Positions 45,385 to 58,972 of a stretch of 64,000 nt of DNA are shown piece by piece. Made by a program: the position numbers and the translations under genes. The notes beneath the pieces were generated by a model that ran no database searches, was not told the origin of the DNA, and saw only the letters and a program-made list of their open reading frames with translations. The stretch spans positions 5,270,001 to 5,334,000 of the forward strand of contig JBHGNT010000014.1 in assembly GCA_043228905.1 (NCBI GenBank), read 5' to 3'. Source of the DNA: Azolla caroliniana (Eukaryota > Plantae > Polypodiophyta). Within the stretch, counting starts at the first letter, position 1. Every line of letters begins with the position of its first letter.

Positions 45385-48300
45385 TCAAGCATTAAACAGA
45401 GAGACCTCCCCTAATATGTGCTCATGAACCTCTTGGGGGACCTTGTAGACAATGTTGTATCCCTTAACCTTGTGCTTTGCTTGAGTCATATTGAACTTGA
45501 TCGCAAGAATGGCAACAGTGTAGATTATTGCGATGGGTGCGGTGCATCTTTTAGTAATGCATATGTGTTCTTGCACTGCGGCAACTTTGCATAATAGTTT
45601 CCATACACGACAGACTCACCAACGTTGAACATGTTGCCCTAGCCATCCCTCACCACTTCTTTCAATAATGTCTTTCTTTGCTTGCACACCACAATGTAGT
45701 AGTCTTCTAAATCTTCATTCTGAGGAGATTTGAGCACCGCAAAATGATCTCCAACTTCCAATAAAATTGTCAATTCTTGATATTGGTTGTAGTATACAAT
45801 ATCGTTTGATGTCCATCCTCTTCAATATCATCTTGTCGTTCCAGCTCAAGATTCTGCAGCTTCCAGGGCTCCACAATTGATAGGTTGATGCATTTATCCC
45901 AAGCTTCATCTATACACATGGAACAAAAGCATGATAAAGTACGGAGTAACAATTGTGGTGTGTCCTTGCGGCTAAACCCTAATACACAATGGGTGCTTCA
46001 TGTGCCTTTCATGGTTTTACAACCATATGATTTAGTTCTATCGACCTCATCAGCGTGAACCTCAACAAACAATCTGTTCTTACCATCATTTGACATCTTC
46101 CATGTTAGCCACTCCACAACATCATGTGCATTTTGTAACTTAGCACCATTATTATCCAACTGCTCACTTGTAAGGGCACGTTTGATCATAGCCCCCGTAC
46201 CATCATGCTCTCCTTTTCCATGTCCAGACCCGAAGTAGTTCCATTGCATACGAATGTTGAATAAGGACAAGTACCTGCTTTTGTATCCCAAGTTTCCAAC
46301 AAACATTAGTACTATGTTGTCAATCGAGAGTACTATACATCCATTAATATTGATTTAGTACAAATACAAAACAAAGCATAGCACAACGTATCCATGGAGA
46401 ACACTCTACACTGATTAAAAGATAAATAGTACTATGTTGTCAACCAATAGTACTTAGCATCCACTAATACTAATTTAGTACGGATACATCACAAAGCATA
46501 GTACAATGTGTTCATGGAAAACACTCTACATGTATTAAAAGATAATTAGTACAAACTCTTCAATATTGGACAGTATTATGTTGCTGACGACGAGTACTTT
46601 ACATCCATTAATACTGATTTAGTACAGATAAAACACACAGCACAGTACAATGTGTCCATGGAGAACACAACATGGATTAAAAGATCATTAGTACAAACTC
46701 TTCAATATTGGACAATACTATGAGTACAAGACATGTACTTTACATCCTTCAATAAATACTGATATAGTACAGATACAACACACAATACAATACAATGTGT
46801 CCATAGAGAACACTCAACATGGATTAAAAGATAATTAGTACAAACTCTTCAATATAGGATAGTACTATGAGTACAAGACATGTACTTTACATCCTTCAAT
46901 AAATACTGATTTAGTACAAATACAACACACAGTACAATACAGTGTGTCCATGGAGAACACTCAACATGGATTAAAAGATAATTAGTACAAACTCTTAAGG
47001 ACGGACAATACTATGAGTACAAGACGAGCACTTTACATCCTTCAATAAATATTGATTTAGTATAGATACAACACACACTACAATACAATGTGTCCATGGA
47101 GAGCACTCAAAATGGACTAAAAGATACTTAGTACAAACTCTTAAGAACAGCCAATACTAAGAGTACAAGACGAGTACTTTACATCCTTCAATAAATACTG
47201 ATTTAGTACAGATACAACACACAACACAGTACAATGTGTCTATGGAGAACACTTCACATGGATAAAAAGATAATAAACACAGATTTACGTGACAGGATGG
47301 TACTATGTGATCAATCAAGAACACTTAACATAGTTACAAACATAATTAGTATGCATGCACTAACACAAGAATTACTTCCTTAGACATTGCATTATAAGTA
47401 CTAAACATATGGATTAAAAATTACCTGGCGATAAAGTAGAACGATCGTGTCGCCTTAAACTGCGAGGTAGCACCATCAGACCAAACCCAATGACGGTTAA
47501 AGCTAAACCCTAGAGACAATAAATCTGCATGGTGAAGCTTAAAACAATTTTGAACAAATATTGTATCATGCTTTTTATCATCTGAAATGTAAAATATTGA
47601 TTTCTTATGTAACTCACTGTCTTGTCTCCAATAGCAAATATGTACAAGTATTGTACATTGATCATTGTACCAATGCATTGATTGAACCTCATTTTGAACT
47701 TTAAATGTATAGTTTTCTGCAAAGTCAATGACAGATACGATGACACCCGTTGGTAAGTTATTAATACATTCCTTGAACTGTTAATTTTGCCAATAACTCC
47801 GGAAGTTATGTGGAATGAACTCCCCAAGTTGTTTCTTAAATTTTGAGACAAGGGTAGCAGCACATGTCTCCTTATATACTTCCTTGATACGCTTAGTTAC
47901 AAGTCCCTTGCCAATATTTTCAGTCACATACTCTAAATATTTCCATTTCACAGTATGACTATTTCCCAAATCAAGCTCCTGCCTACAAAATAATGGTAGC
48001 GGACAAACCTTACATGTGCTTAAAAGACATAACGATGCCACTCACATGATGGTTCTTTTTCAGAAACACAAGACCTCCATAACTCAAAAACGGATGCATA
48101 AGTCATGTTTTGTGCATTACACCTATTATCCTCCCCATTTGGTCTACAAACCTCACAAGTGCAGACACATAATTCCCTATGTATACCCTTAGAATCAGTA
48201 CGCATTGCATTCACTCCAAGCCTTAACATGTCCATCTTCACGTGGTACACACAACATGTATTCCTCTTCAAAATTTTCTAACATAAGATGGTTTCAAACC

Positions 48301-49061
48301 TTGGAACTTGTGGAATCCAACAGTCAAGCTTGGATGTTGATCTTTAAAGTTCATGTACAATTCAGCCTACATCAACCAATATATATAGCAAACATTAATA
48401 TACACTTGATCAAAACAAAAATTTCTGGAATGTGAATTGATATAAAAAACTGGAATACCGTCATCTCCAAGAAGTGTCTAGGGTGAATCTGGTACTTACC
48501 CTAACTTATTCGTTGTCTACACACGTCCTTCTTATTTGGTGAGACACGGGTATTTTTTGCCCAAAATGAATCCACTTTCTCAATAATCTATTGAGATAAG
48601 GCATCGCATCGTCGTCTACGTCCCAACCCCAGCCACTTGAATTGGCTTGAGTGTATATTTCGGCGATGTTTCCTCAAGTTCCTTCTTTGAATACCCAGGG
48701 CTAAGGCAACTTTAGTATCACTATTTTTTTTTTCTCTTGCACCGTTCACAACCATATGTAGGGCTGCCCTCTTTGTAGCAAGTTTGTCTATGCTCTCTAC
48801 ACCTTTCACTAAGTCTAGGGATGACTTCATAGACTCTACAATCTCTTCTGAAACACATTGATCCCTAAATTTTATTCTCCCCGTGTCTTCATTCAAACGT
48901 TGATGGTGTAACACTCTACATATAATATCCCTACGATCCTCTTCACCAAATATCTTCGTTATTTTTGCCAAATAACGGACTATGTGAAGAACCACTCGTC
49001 TCTTGGTCCTTTCAGATATACATGAGTTACTTGACAACTCACTCTCGTTGGGGACCCCCAT
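45385..49061 (-). pseudogene. Sola2-like transposase, intron-containing, with stops and frameshifts
   Basis: IDFAENY..EVQSMHW (about 47730-47670), ISDDKKHD, WSDGATSQFK, WNYFGSGHGKGEHDGTG and RTLSCFCSMC motifs; GT-AG intron 47424-46275 joins FIAR|YLSLF in phase. Confidence 0.8.
46300..47330. repeat. About 120-130-bp tandem repeat array (about 8 units) filling the transposase intron
   Basis: Recurrent units containing GTACTTTACATCC...GATTTAGTAC...TGTGTCCATGGAGAACAC...ATTAAAAGATAATTAGTAC. Confidence 0.85.
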
Positions 49062-49308
49062 TTGGTCACTAGATTTATCCCAAAAAATTAAGTTTCTTGC
49101 GAGAGTAGTTAATGTTATATAGACTACACTAAGAAATCACAATCAAATGTTTTTAAATGCGGCCTACAAAGTGAGAAATAATTCGTTTCGAACATTAGAA
49201 TTACGGATCAAAGATGACAATTATCATTTCTTTATTCACAAATTTCTAAAAATGAAAAAAATTAGTACTGAAAATGAAAAAATAGTTCTGAAATTTAGTA
49301 CTAGAAAG

Positions 49309-49490
49309 GAACCTCCAATGGTGGAGGGAGCGTTGAATCTGTGTGATATGCCGCCTCTATTTGGTGGAAGGAACCTCCAATGGTGGAGGGAGCGTTAAAT
49401 CTGTGTTGGTGGAATGAACCTCCAATGGTGGAGGGAGCCTTGAATCTGTGTGATATGCCACCTCGATTTGGTGGAAGGAACCTCCAAAGG
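49309..49490. repeat. Short tandem repeat GAACCTCCAATGGTGGAGGGAGCGTTGAATCTGTG (3 units plus a partial)
   Basis: Units at about 49309, 49371 and 49416, with a partial at 49478. Confidence 0.85.
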
Positions 49491-50190
49491 AACCCTAATC
49501 TATTCCTTAGTTTACTCGCATGGGATAAAACCGTATGTATATAATTGTGGACAATGTAGGACAATGAACTTTAGGATAATGTGATGGAAAAAACAAACCA
49601 ATTAAGCTTGACAATACTTGTATTTAAAATTGATCTAGTCTATTCCTTAGGTGATTCGCATGGGATCAAACTCCGAACGAACACGCTAGTGGACTACAAG
49701 CGTATAAAAACATGCGGATATTGCTGAGAGGTGTGCTACAAGGTCGTGCAACTAATGGGACAAGGTGGCATCGACCATTATCAACACACTACACAATGTA
49801 AGTAGCAATAGAAGAGAAACATAATAGTTTTAGCAATAGAAGATAAAGATCCATAATATCTGGACTGGTATATATTAGACATGGAATGACAATCTTGACA
49901 ATTGATCGCAAATAATAACAGGACATTCATGGCGACAATTCTACAAGAATGTTATGTGTAGGTAAAGTTTGACCGCAATCAGCATTAATGTAAACTAATT
50001 CATGTTTCTCCATATTGGTGTTCAGCAATACACGCGGTGAAACCAATGTCATAAGTCAACAAACCAAGTATATAGAAATAAAATTGAAACATATAGAAGA
50101 CTATAAAGAATGGAGTACACAAAGTAGAACCCAAATTTTGTATTAGTAATGTGAATTCAAAGCATTACAATTTGTCAACAAAAGAGTCTA

Positions 50191-53100
50191 TTACATAGCA
50201 ATTAAATCATCCATGTCATTATCTTCTTCATCTCTTATAGAATTCGCTTCTACTATACGTGCATTGTCTTCCCCTGATAGTCGAGCCACCGTAAGATCTT
50301 CTATAAGCTCATCATGAAGCTCAATTAGATGCCCCAGTTCCCCGGCTAATGGAGGAATAGGCTCTCGCGAAGCAGGTTGAAACCTTTCGGTATCAGCGAC
50401 ATGCTTTGCACCGACCTCCTCGTCCTGGTCTGGGCACTCCCACAAAACCTTAATCCTCATGTTTATAAATACAACCTGCTCCTCGTCCTTCTCCAATGCA
50501 ACTGTGTTTCTGAAGAGCTTCAATGCACATGCAGACGTTGTCCCTGTGAAGAAAGCAATAAGACGAATTAGTTTTCAAACAAATAAGAATCAGTATTGGT
50601 TATCCCAACAACGTGAACCTAGTTCGAGGAATACATGTGCTAGAAAACAAGTCTAATATCTAATCTCCTTCTACAGAGACCATCTCGATCAGGCGCATCA
50701 TAAGTCGTTGAGGTTTTTGGTATGGGTTGACAAGTCCCCGTTCTGTTGAGGTTACATGTCGCAATTTCCATGTCACTGCTGGATATACCAGCAGATTTGA
50801 ACCTCCAACTTCATTTGAATGCTCCTTGATTCTTTGTTTCTTTATTTCATTGAAGTAGCCAACCATAATATATTCAATGGCATTTACGAACTGAAAGGTT
50901 GGCCCTCTATTGACATTTGTTTTTATCCTATAACAAATATTGTATTAATTTAAGAATAGACTCAACAATGTTAAGAAAGAAATATAGTAAATGAGACTTA
51001 TAAATAATCCTTACCATGAAAGGTTCTCGATGCCATGGCAGCGAGATCTCAAAGCTTGAGCTACCGAGTATCCTTGGTCCATACTATGAAAGACAACTAT
51101 CTTCCACAAGGATGCGGTCGTCAGCTCAACAAAATCTTTGACCATCTTCTCTAATTGTTTGAACCTAAAAGGTTCATCATCGTATGATGACCCTGCCATT
51201 CGAAATCCATATGGAATATCAGCAATCATTAGCGTATATTCTTTCCTTGCCACTTTTTCGTTCATCTCAATGACATCACCACAAATCACGTTGTAGAAAA
51301 TATCTCTAGTAATATCCTTCTTGTGGCTAAATTTTTTGAAGGAGCCATCTTCCTCAATTCCGTACGCCTTGACTAAGCGACGATCCTTCTCTTTTCTGGC
51401 TCTCTCAAGATGTGCAAGGAAGAATGTCGGGAAATCGTGTATATCCTTGACTTCTCCTAGTTTCTTGCCACGACAAGGTTTCTAATAGAGGCAATAAGAC
51501 ATCAAGTATTATTACAAATCATCTACATATAAGAAAAATTGTATGAAAAACACCGATACTAACCCAATCCTTGAATGCAATAAAATACTCGGATAACGCC
51601 TTATATGAAGACGTTACAAGATAATCCTCGGTCACTTATTCCCAAGTTATGCATCCAAGTTGTTTCATCATAACTTCTTGGATCTTCATGTAAACCTTAT
51701 GACTGTCAAATCAAAAAACGATATTAGAAATTTCAATTGGACCATATTGAGTTCAATTAACTATTTGAAAGACTTATTTATTGAACTCAGTGACCATTTC
51801 TTCAAGGCTTAATTCTTTCGCCACAACCCTTGACAAAACAGACACAAGAAGTTGCTCCTCCTTAATACCTTGCATTGCTCTCCATAGAGACAGCTTCATG
51901 TCGTCGGCCACTTCTTCAATAACTAAATCAATTTTCTTGGCCGTTGTGTCTTTAATTCCAGTTGAGGGTCTACCTTACATTTCTTTTGGCGTTGACCCTT
52001 AACCTCCTTATTCTCCCACATTGTGAATATTTGATCTTGTAGGTCCCATACTTCTCCATCTCTTAAGGCAAGTTGAAACCAAGACTCATATTTCCAAAGA
52101 CCATCTGACTTAACATTATCATCCACCACAATGCTGACCTCTTGAAGGCATTAACGTCGTAGGGCGGGGTGTAGCTTCACACTGAACTTTTGTTTGACGT
52201 CTAAGTATTCATGGTGGAAGAATCTTATCCGTTCAATAGATGACATTTTCTGTCTATAGTCATTATCGTTTTTGTGGTCCCATGCCAAAAGCTTTGCCTC
52301 TTCAGTTGTAAGGCCCACGTATATTTTGCACCCGGTATATTTGAAGAAGTCGTTGGGTGCTCTCTAACAAGTTGCCTACGTACCTCAGCCGAATGTGATC
52401 CACCAATTACAAAGTAATTATATTGATCATGCTTTCTGATGTCGAAGACTTCAGTGGTGTCACATTCTTCGGGATCCACCATTACAATGAAAGGCACAAC
52501 TGTAGCATTTGGATTTATTTTCATTTTTTTCTTCAAATTCTGAACATGCATTCGGTGTGGCTCTTTGGTCTCAAGTGGTCTACGTCCTGTTTTCACATCA
52601 ACTGGCGGCCTATGAATGCGTGTTATAGGCAAGTAAAAGACTTGCCCTTTTCTCACCAGTTTTCAATGCATTAACTCTGTCTAAATCTTATTCTACTCCG
52701 ATGACAAGACACCAGATGCAAGCTCAGCACCTGGTGTCGCCCTAGTTTCATCATCTTCTGTGGAGCTTGATGAGTCAGAGTCCGGCATTTTAGTGGTCTT
52801 CTTTTTGCTGGTCTCGATTGCACTTTAGATGCCTTTTTTGGGGCCTTGACGGGGGAGGAAGAGGGCTCCCTTAGAGTTACATGGCCTTGTATATATGGCC
52901 TCAAGGTTACAATAAGATTTTGTGAACTCTCAAGATCTTTTCTGAAAGTTTCAGGCCCACAACATTTCTTTACTAGCCGATCTTCCGATAGGTACACTTT
53001 ACGTACCCCCCTCAAGCAATCTATCATCACAAGAATGTTGACTGAATCTATGTCTTCGTAGTCAAATCGTAAGATACGGCCATACATAAATCCAGTCTCT

Positions 53101-53312
53101 TTTTCAAGCTGATCGTCACCTTTCTTCTTTGTCGTATACAGCACGACTTTTTTCTTCGAGTCAACATATTGCATACACCATTCTTTCTCCGTTAGATCAC
53201 GGTCAGGAAGGTCCTCACCACCATTGGCACCTAACAATTTCTTTTGGCTGACTTCGTCCGATGGTTGAGATTTAGTTTCCTCGTTGAAGAGAAGCTTTTT
53301 TCCTTTCTTCAC
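50191..53312 (-). pseudogene. Copy 2 of the ParB-like/beta-class methyltransferase gene, inactivated
   Basis: Same peptides (YFVIGGSHSAE, LMIADIPYGF, VNPYQKPQRLM, LFRNTVALEKD) and the same four internal intron positions. It has several stops and frameshifts, and motif I has decayed to D*ILDLFSST. Confidence 0.9.
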
Positions 53313-53477
53313 GTTCTGAGGAACAATTCAAGTGTTATTTTCTATTGTTTTAAGCATATATCAACCATACTACCTATTTAAAAAAGGGTGCTAAAACTTT
53401 CAAATTTTAGCTAATTTTTCTAAAAATGTCTAAATTGGACATCTAAATTGGGTTCTTGTCAATCGTATGTCAAAATT

Positions 53478-53550
53478 TTCGATACGGCGTATCGAGTTCA
53501 TGTTGAAAACGCCCACTTCATACAAGAATTCAATACGTCCTATCGAGTTC
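53478..53550. repeat. Two degenerate copies of the 25-bp palindrome in copy 2
   Basis: TTCGATACGGCGTATCGAGTTC at about 53478 and GAATTCAATACGTCCTATCGAGTTC at about 53526. Confidence 0.8.
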
Positions 53551-53798
53551 CTGTTTATGGGGGCATTATATTAAATTATGGGGGCCATGAATTAACCATT
53601 GACTGGAAATTTAAACCAACATATATATGAGTCTGTAATGATTGTAAATATATACTATATGTATATAAAAATTGAATGGATATATAATATATATATATAC
53701 TATATACTTAATGTTTAGGCCTACACGTGGAGAATTTTTTTTTCAAATGATTGGTATTTCATTATTGTCCTAATGTTTGGGATTAAACCGACATATTT

Positions 53799-54418
53799 AT
53801 GCCTCCATATTTATTGACAGACTCACCGTTTTCTATCGAAGAATATTGTTTGTCAACAGGCTCACCCATTTCTATCGAAGAGTATTGTCTAAGCTCATCT
53901 TCACCTAAAACACATGCGAATAATGACACATCTGAAGAGTTCTCTATTGAAGAATACGATATTAATAAAGATATAGAGAATGAAGGTAGTGCTAATGAAA
54001 CATCGAAGATCATGGGCGATGGTGACAACAATGAATTCGATTGTAACAAGGTTACCCCAACTTCTATGCATGAAGAGAAATCTGGAAGCCCTATGCATAT
54101 TAGAAGAATCCCACTTAGAATTCGTATAGCCAGATTTAACTTGGTGACATCAAATAAGCAGATAGGATTTGATGTCAACAAAACATGTTGCGTCCGTGGG
54201 TGTATGTCTATGATTGGAAAATCAAAGTTGCGAGAATTAAGGCGGCACTATTTCTCGATGACTGGTGATGAGCAAGACATTTACCTCGGCTCACATATGC
54301 AACTACTGTCTGAGAAATCTACGGGGATCAAAGTATCATTCAAGTATTATATCTTCCATGCGTAACAGATTTGTAGAGTTGCCTTCAAAATTACATTATG
54401 TGTTAGTAACATGCGGCT
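53799..54418 (+). pseudogene. Copy 2 Sola1-like transposase, 5' part
   Basis: Peptide collinear with about the first 225 aa of the ORF at 10620-13400; premature TAA at 54363-54365. Confidence 0.9.
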
Positions 54419-54419
54419 T

Positions 54420-55065
54420 CCACGCAACTTTAGATCTTGTATATCCATCAGATGCACCCCATAAGAAATTGCGGACAAGCCTTTGTATTTGAGAGAGAAC
54501 AGATCTTGAAAACAACCAAGATGAGAGGATATACCACATCGAAGACAAAAGCACTTGATTAGCAATTACAATTCTTCCAGCCAACGATAGATGTCTCGAA
54601 GACCAAAACAACAATTTCCTCTTCAATGACATCAACAAGGGGGCAATAAGTTGATCATGAGTAATATCAACACCAATTTGACAACCAAGATATCGTATTG
54701 ACCTCCCATGTTGAAGCCATTGAAAATCCGGATGGGGCAACCAATGTGAAACTCCATTATTCATCATTCTTATTCCAATTTATTATAGCACCTGATAGCT
54801 CACAAAATTCATGCACCACACATTGAACATTACGCAAATTTTGTTCCTCCCCATCCACATATAAAGTTGTATCATCAGCAAATTCAGTATCTAGCACTTG
54901 TTTGTTATCGACTCCCCATTGCAACCCTTTAATCCTTAAGGCATGATTATTAAAATACACATGAAAAGCCTTAGCTATTAATAAGTATAGGAAAGGGGCC
55001 AATGGGCAACCTTGCCTAACCGACGTTGACATAGAGAAGGGGGCATCAACTTCTCCTGCCACATA
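54420..55065 (-). mobile_element. L1-clade LINE reverse-transcriptase fragment
   Basis: SVRQGCPLAPFLY, EFADD, IRYLG and LSLAGRIVIANQVL motifs. Confidence 0.85.
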
Positions 55066-55124
55066 TACGGTACTAACGCAATCTTATACAACGCTCCTAC
55101 CGCAACTACCCAAGCCATTGGAAA

Positions 55125-58100
55125 TCCTAGGATGATCCTTTTTTGTGTCCACATAAGAATATCATGCACCATGAACCACCACCATGCATTTCAACACTTC
55201 ATCTTTGTTCAATGTCCATCAAAGGGGACCCCTTGGGTTCATTCCCACGCTAAAATATTGAGCACCCAACTTGCTTGTTTGCTCCAACTCCATACTACTC
55301 TCGCTACCCTTCTTCGTCCTCGTCTTTGTCCTTCTTGCTTTCATGTAGTTGTCCGAGTCGATCTTTTGAGTGGTAGAATCGAGTACCTTTGCACTTGATG
55401 TGTCTTGAGTACTCATGTTGGAGCCCATAACATGTTGAGCATCGATATCTTCGCAAGACACTACACTAGGCCTTATGCTAAAGCAATGGATCATCTTGGT
55501 TATCATGATTTAATAAGGAATGTAAGGAGTTTATCGTCACAATATGGAATGTGGGAATTAGAGATAGATTGGTTGATAAATGCTATTATGGTTCTTGGAA
55601 GAGAGACAAAATGAGATAGTTTTTATTATAATCCTTGGGAGGAAATAGGGGAAATGTGTGTTGTAATGTGATATGTGTCCTTTCATTATATATGAATGCT
55701 ACGATTGGATGCCTTGTTAACCAACTCAATTTGGTATTCGTTCTACTATTCAAGTCAAATGGCTTGGTGACCAAAGTATTCATCACTTCGCATGAGTTGA
55801 CTTGAAATAGTGAAAGAATTGGAAAACAAAAAGAAAGACATAGGACCCATCGGTCAAAGAAAGTGAAAAAGGAAATCTTGAGGAATTGCTCAGAAATTGG
55901 GAAGAACACATCATTTCGAGATCTCTCGCAAAGTCATGTCATTCCTCGTTTTAAATGTGGGCATTCTCAACAATGATTTGTTACTACATACATATGATTA
56001 ATGCATGTGGCCCTTGTTATTTTAATGAGGTTACAATTTCTTTCTATGTTCTACATAATAAAAACTATGTGCAATGTATTATGTAGATCCACCTTTTTAT
56101 TCTCCACGCAATGGTGTTTGCAAATGAATGTCACGTTTTGATAAGTAAAATTATTTGCTTCCGATATATCAAAGGGAGGAGGGTCTTAACCAAACAAATA
56201 CGTTAATCTTCTAAAATTTCTCACATTTACATTAATCTAACTTATTCTAAACTTTGGGAAATTTATCTTGTACAAGTAAAGGTTTGGGCAAGGAGCGATG
56301 TGCATGGAAAGGACGTTAATTTGAGTATATGAATACAAAATTTCTAAGGTAAGAGTTTAAAGTACCATTCCTAGAATATGAAGAGTGCCCTCAATCAACA
56401 TGATTTTGGCAATTTTTTATGAGAGAGAAACGACACTACCTTCACCCTTTTGCTTTTGGAGGCCAATGACATGACTTGGTCCGAAACCAAATAATTGGTT
56501 ACGTGATAGAACTTTCCTCTAATATGTCAAGTCTCCATCAATCCAAGGTTGTAAAAGGTTGAGTTCCTCTACTTGAGCAAAATAATTAAACCTAACATGC
56601 ACACAGATTTGTTCCCCTTTTCACATTTCATGGCATTATATAATTGTCTAGTGTAGAATTTGTTGGATTCCACACAAATTCCTCTTGGGTTGGGTTATCT
56701 TACAAGTTACAACACTACCCTTGATCTATCATTTCAAGTAGCCTACCTCAATTTCAAACCTCTTTCTAAATTTTATCAAACTCTTCTTCTAAATGGCAAT
56801 CGTTTAATTAAAAATGCATTTTCCTGTTCTAAATCTGGGCTAATAAGATACACTCATCGCAAACTAACAACCCGAAATCAAAGATGGATATCGTTTTCAT
56901 ATATTTGTGAGGTATTGGGGATTGTATAATAACCGAAATATGCAATATTAGGCATTGGGTCAATGCGTATCTATGAAAGTTATGGACTACACTGTACAAA
57001 TGTGCCAATTGTGTTTATCGTAGCAAGAAGAAATTGTTTGCTCATTAGTGTTCGATCTTGTCAATTGACGATCGATACAACATGTGCCACTACTCTTGTA
57101 GTGGCGGTGACTACACTTAATTGTTGTACCATTCTAGTGTTTTTCATGTCACATATTTATTAATATAATCATGTGTTTTCCCCAAAGAGAGGGAGAGAAA
57201 CAGAGATAGGGACGGAGGGTATTTTAATTCATAAATCTCTTACAACTAACCACATATAATTTTACTGCTAACATTATATAGTGGGTATATGTATCAAAAG
57301 GTTACACCCACTATATAATGTTAATGTAATTATGGATTATGATTCTTAATGTTGGTACCAATGGCTCCATAGAGGAATACCATATAATGCATACATGATT
57401 TCTCAAATTGGTGATTGAATCATTTACCTGTAAATATTAAACTTTCTGAAAATACACCAGCACTTTTTAAATAAGTTAAACAAAGACAGAATATAGGGTA
57501 CCATTAATGGTTAGATTCATATCAATCATATTACAACGATAATACTAATGGCAAATGGGGCATGAGTTAACACCCATAATTCGAGTTTATTGACAATTTG
57601 GTATTCACTTGGTACTCAAGATTAAGAAGGCATTAAATTAATATACACTCAAGCACCCATAGAGTTTGTGCCATTGTCAAGGCTCCTGTCGAGGAGGGTC
57701 ATGCCGAAACATTTCACAGATCGGAGTGGGAGAAGAACGTCAAGATCACATGAAGCCTCAAGCTTAGGAGCCACATTAATATGCATTGGCACAAGGATAA
57801 AGATGTCAAGGGGGAAGGAAGTAGGTAAATCACTAGGATGATTGTTTTTGGTGTCCACATAAGAATATCATGCACCATGAACCACCACCACCCAATTCAA
57901 CACTTCATCTTTGTTCAATGTCCATCAAAGGAGAGCCCCTGGGTTCATTCCCACGCTAAAATATCGAGCACCCAACTTGCTTGTTTGCTCCAACTCCATA
58001 CTACTCTCGCTACCCTTCTTCGTCCTCGTCTTTGTCCTTCTTGATTTCATGCACTTGTCTGATTCGATTGTTTGAGTGGTAGAATCGATTACCTTTGCAC

Positions 58101-58565
58101 TTGATGCGTCTTGAGTACTCACATGGGAGCCGATAACATGTTCAGCATCCATATCTTCACAAGACACTACACTAGGCCTTATGCTAAAGCAATGCATCAT
58201 CTTGGTTATCATGATTAAAAAGTAATGTAAGAAGTTTGTCTTCACAATATGGAATGTGGGAATTAGAGATAGATAGATTGGTTGATAGATTTTATTATGG
58301 TCCTTGGGGGCAGAGAGGGAAAATGTGTGTTGTAATGTGATATGTGTCCTTTTATTATATATGAATGCTACGATTTGGATGCCTTGTTAACCAAGTCAAT
58401 TTGGTATTCATTCTATTATTCATGTCCATGGACTTGGTGACCAAGCTATTTATCACTTGGGAAGAGTTTACTTGAAAAAGGGAGAGAATTAAAAAACGAA
58501 AAAAAGACATAGGACCCATTACTCAAAGAAAGAGAAAAAGGAAATCTTAAGAAATTGCTCAGAAA
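55125..58565. repeat. Dispersed direct repeat of about 750 bp (55125-55900 and 57833-58565)
   Basis: Near-identical sequence gives paired ORFs 55219-55506 and 57925-58245(-). Confidence 0.85.
57269..57323. repeat. Perfect 18-bp-stem hairpin
   Basis: TAACATTATATAGTGGGT, a 19-nt loop, then ACCCACTATATAATGTTA. Confidence 0.85.
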
Positions 58566-58972
58566 CTAGAAAGGAAAGAGAGAAAATGAAATAGAATTTG
58601 GTTCTTGGGGAGAGAGGGAAAATGTGATGTTTGGATGCCTAGTTAACCAAGTCAATTTGCCATCTATTATCCTATTTATTCAAAGTCAATTGCCTTAGTG
58701 ATCAAGGTATTCATTACTTTGAAAGAGTTCATTTAAAAAAGCGAAAGTATAGAAAGGACCCATGAACCAAAGAGAGAACAAATCTTAAGGATTTGATCGG
58801 AAAGGGGGCATTATCGCCAAGTTTTTGCCAAGTCATGTGCTACCTAAATTTAAATGTGGGGATTATCAACAATATCTTTTTAAATACGTATGATTGATGT
58901 GTGTGGCCCTTGTTATTATAATAAGGTTATGATTTCTTTGTAAGTTTGTACAGTGTAACCACCTATTCTCAC

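Larger units (their letters stand above)
43163..49495. mobile_element. Sola2-like DNA transposon (6.3 kb) nested in copy 2
   Basis: Host sequence GATCTAATCTATTCC is restored on removal. Ends are GGGTC...ACCC, flanked by a (C)TAA duplication; transposase motifs lie inside. Confidence 0.75.
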
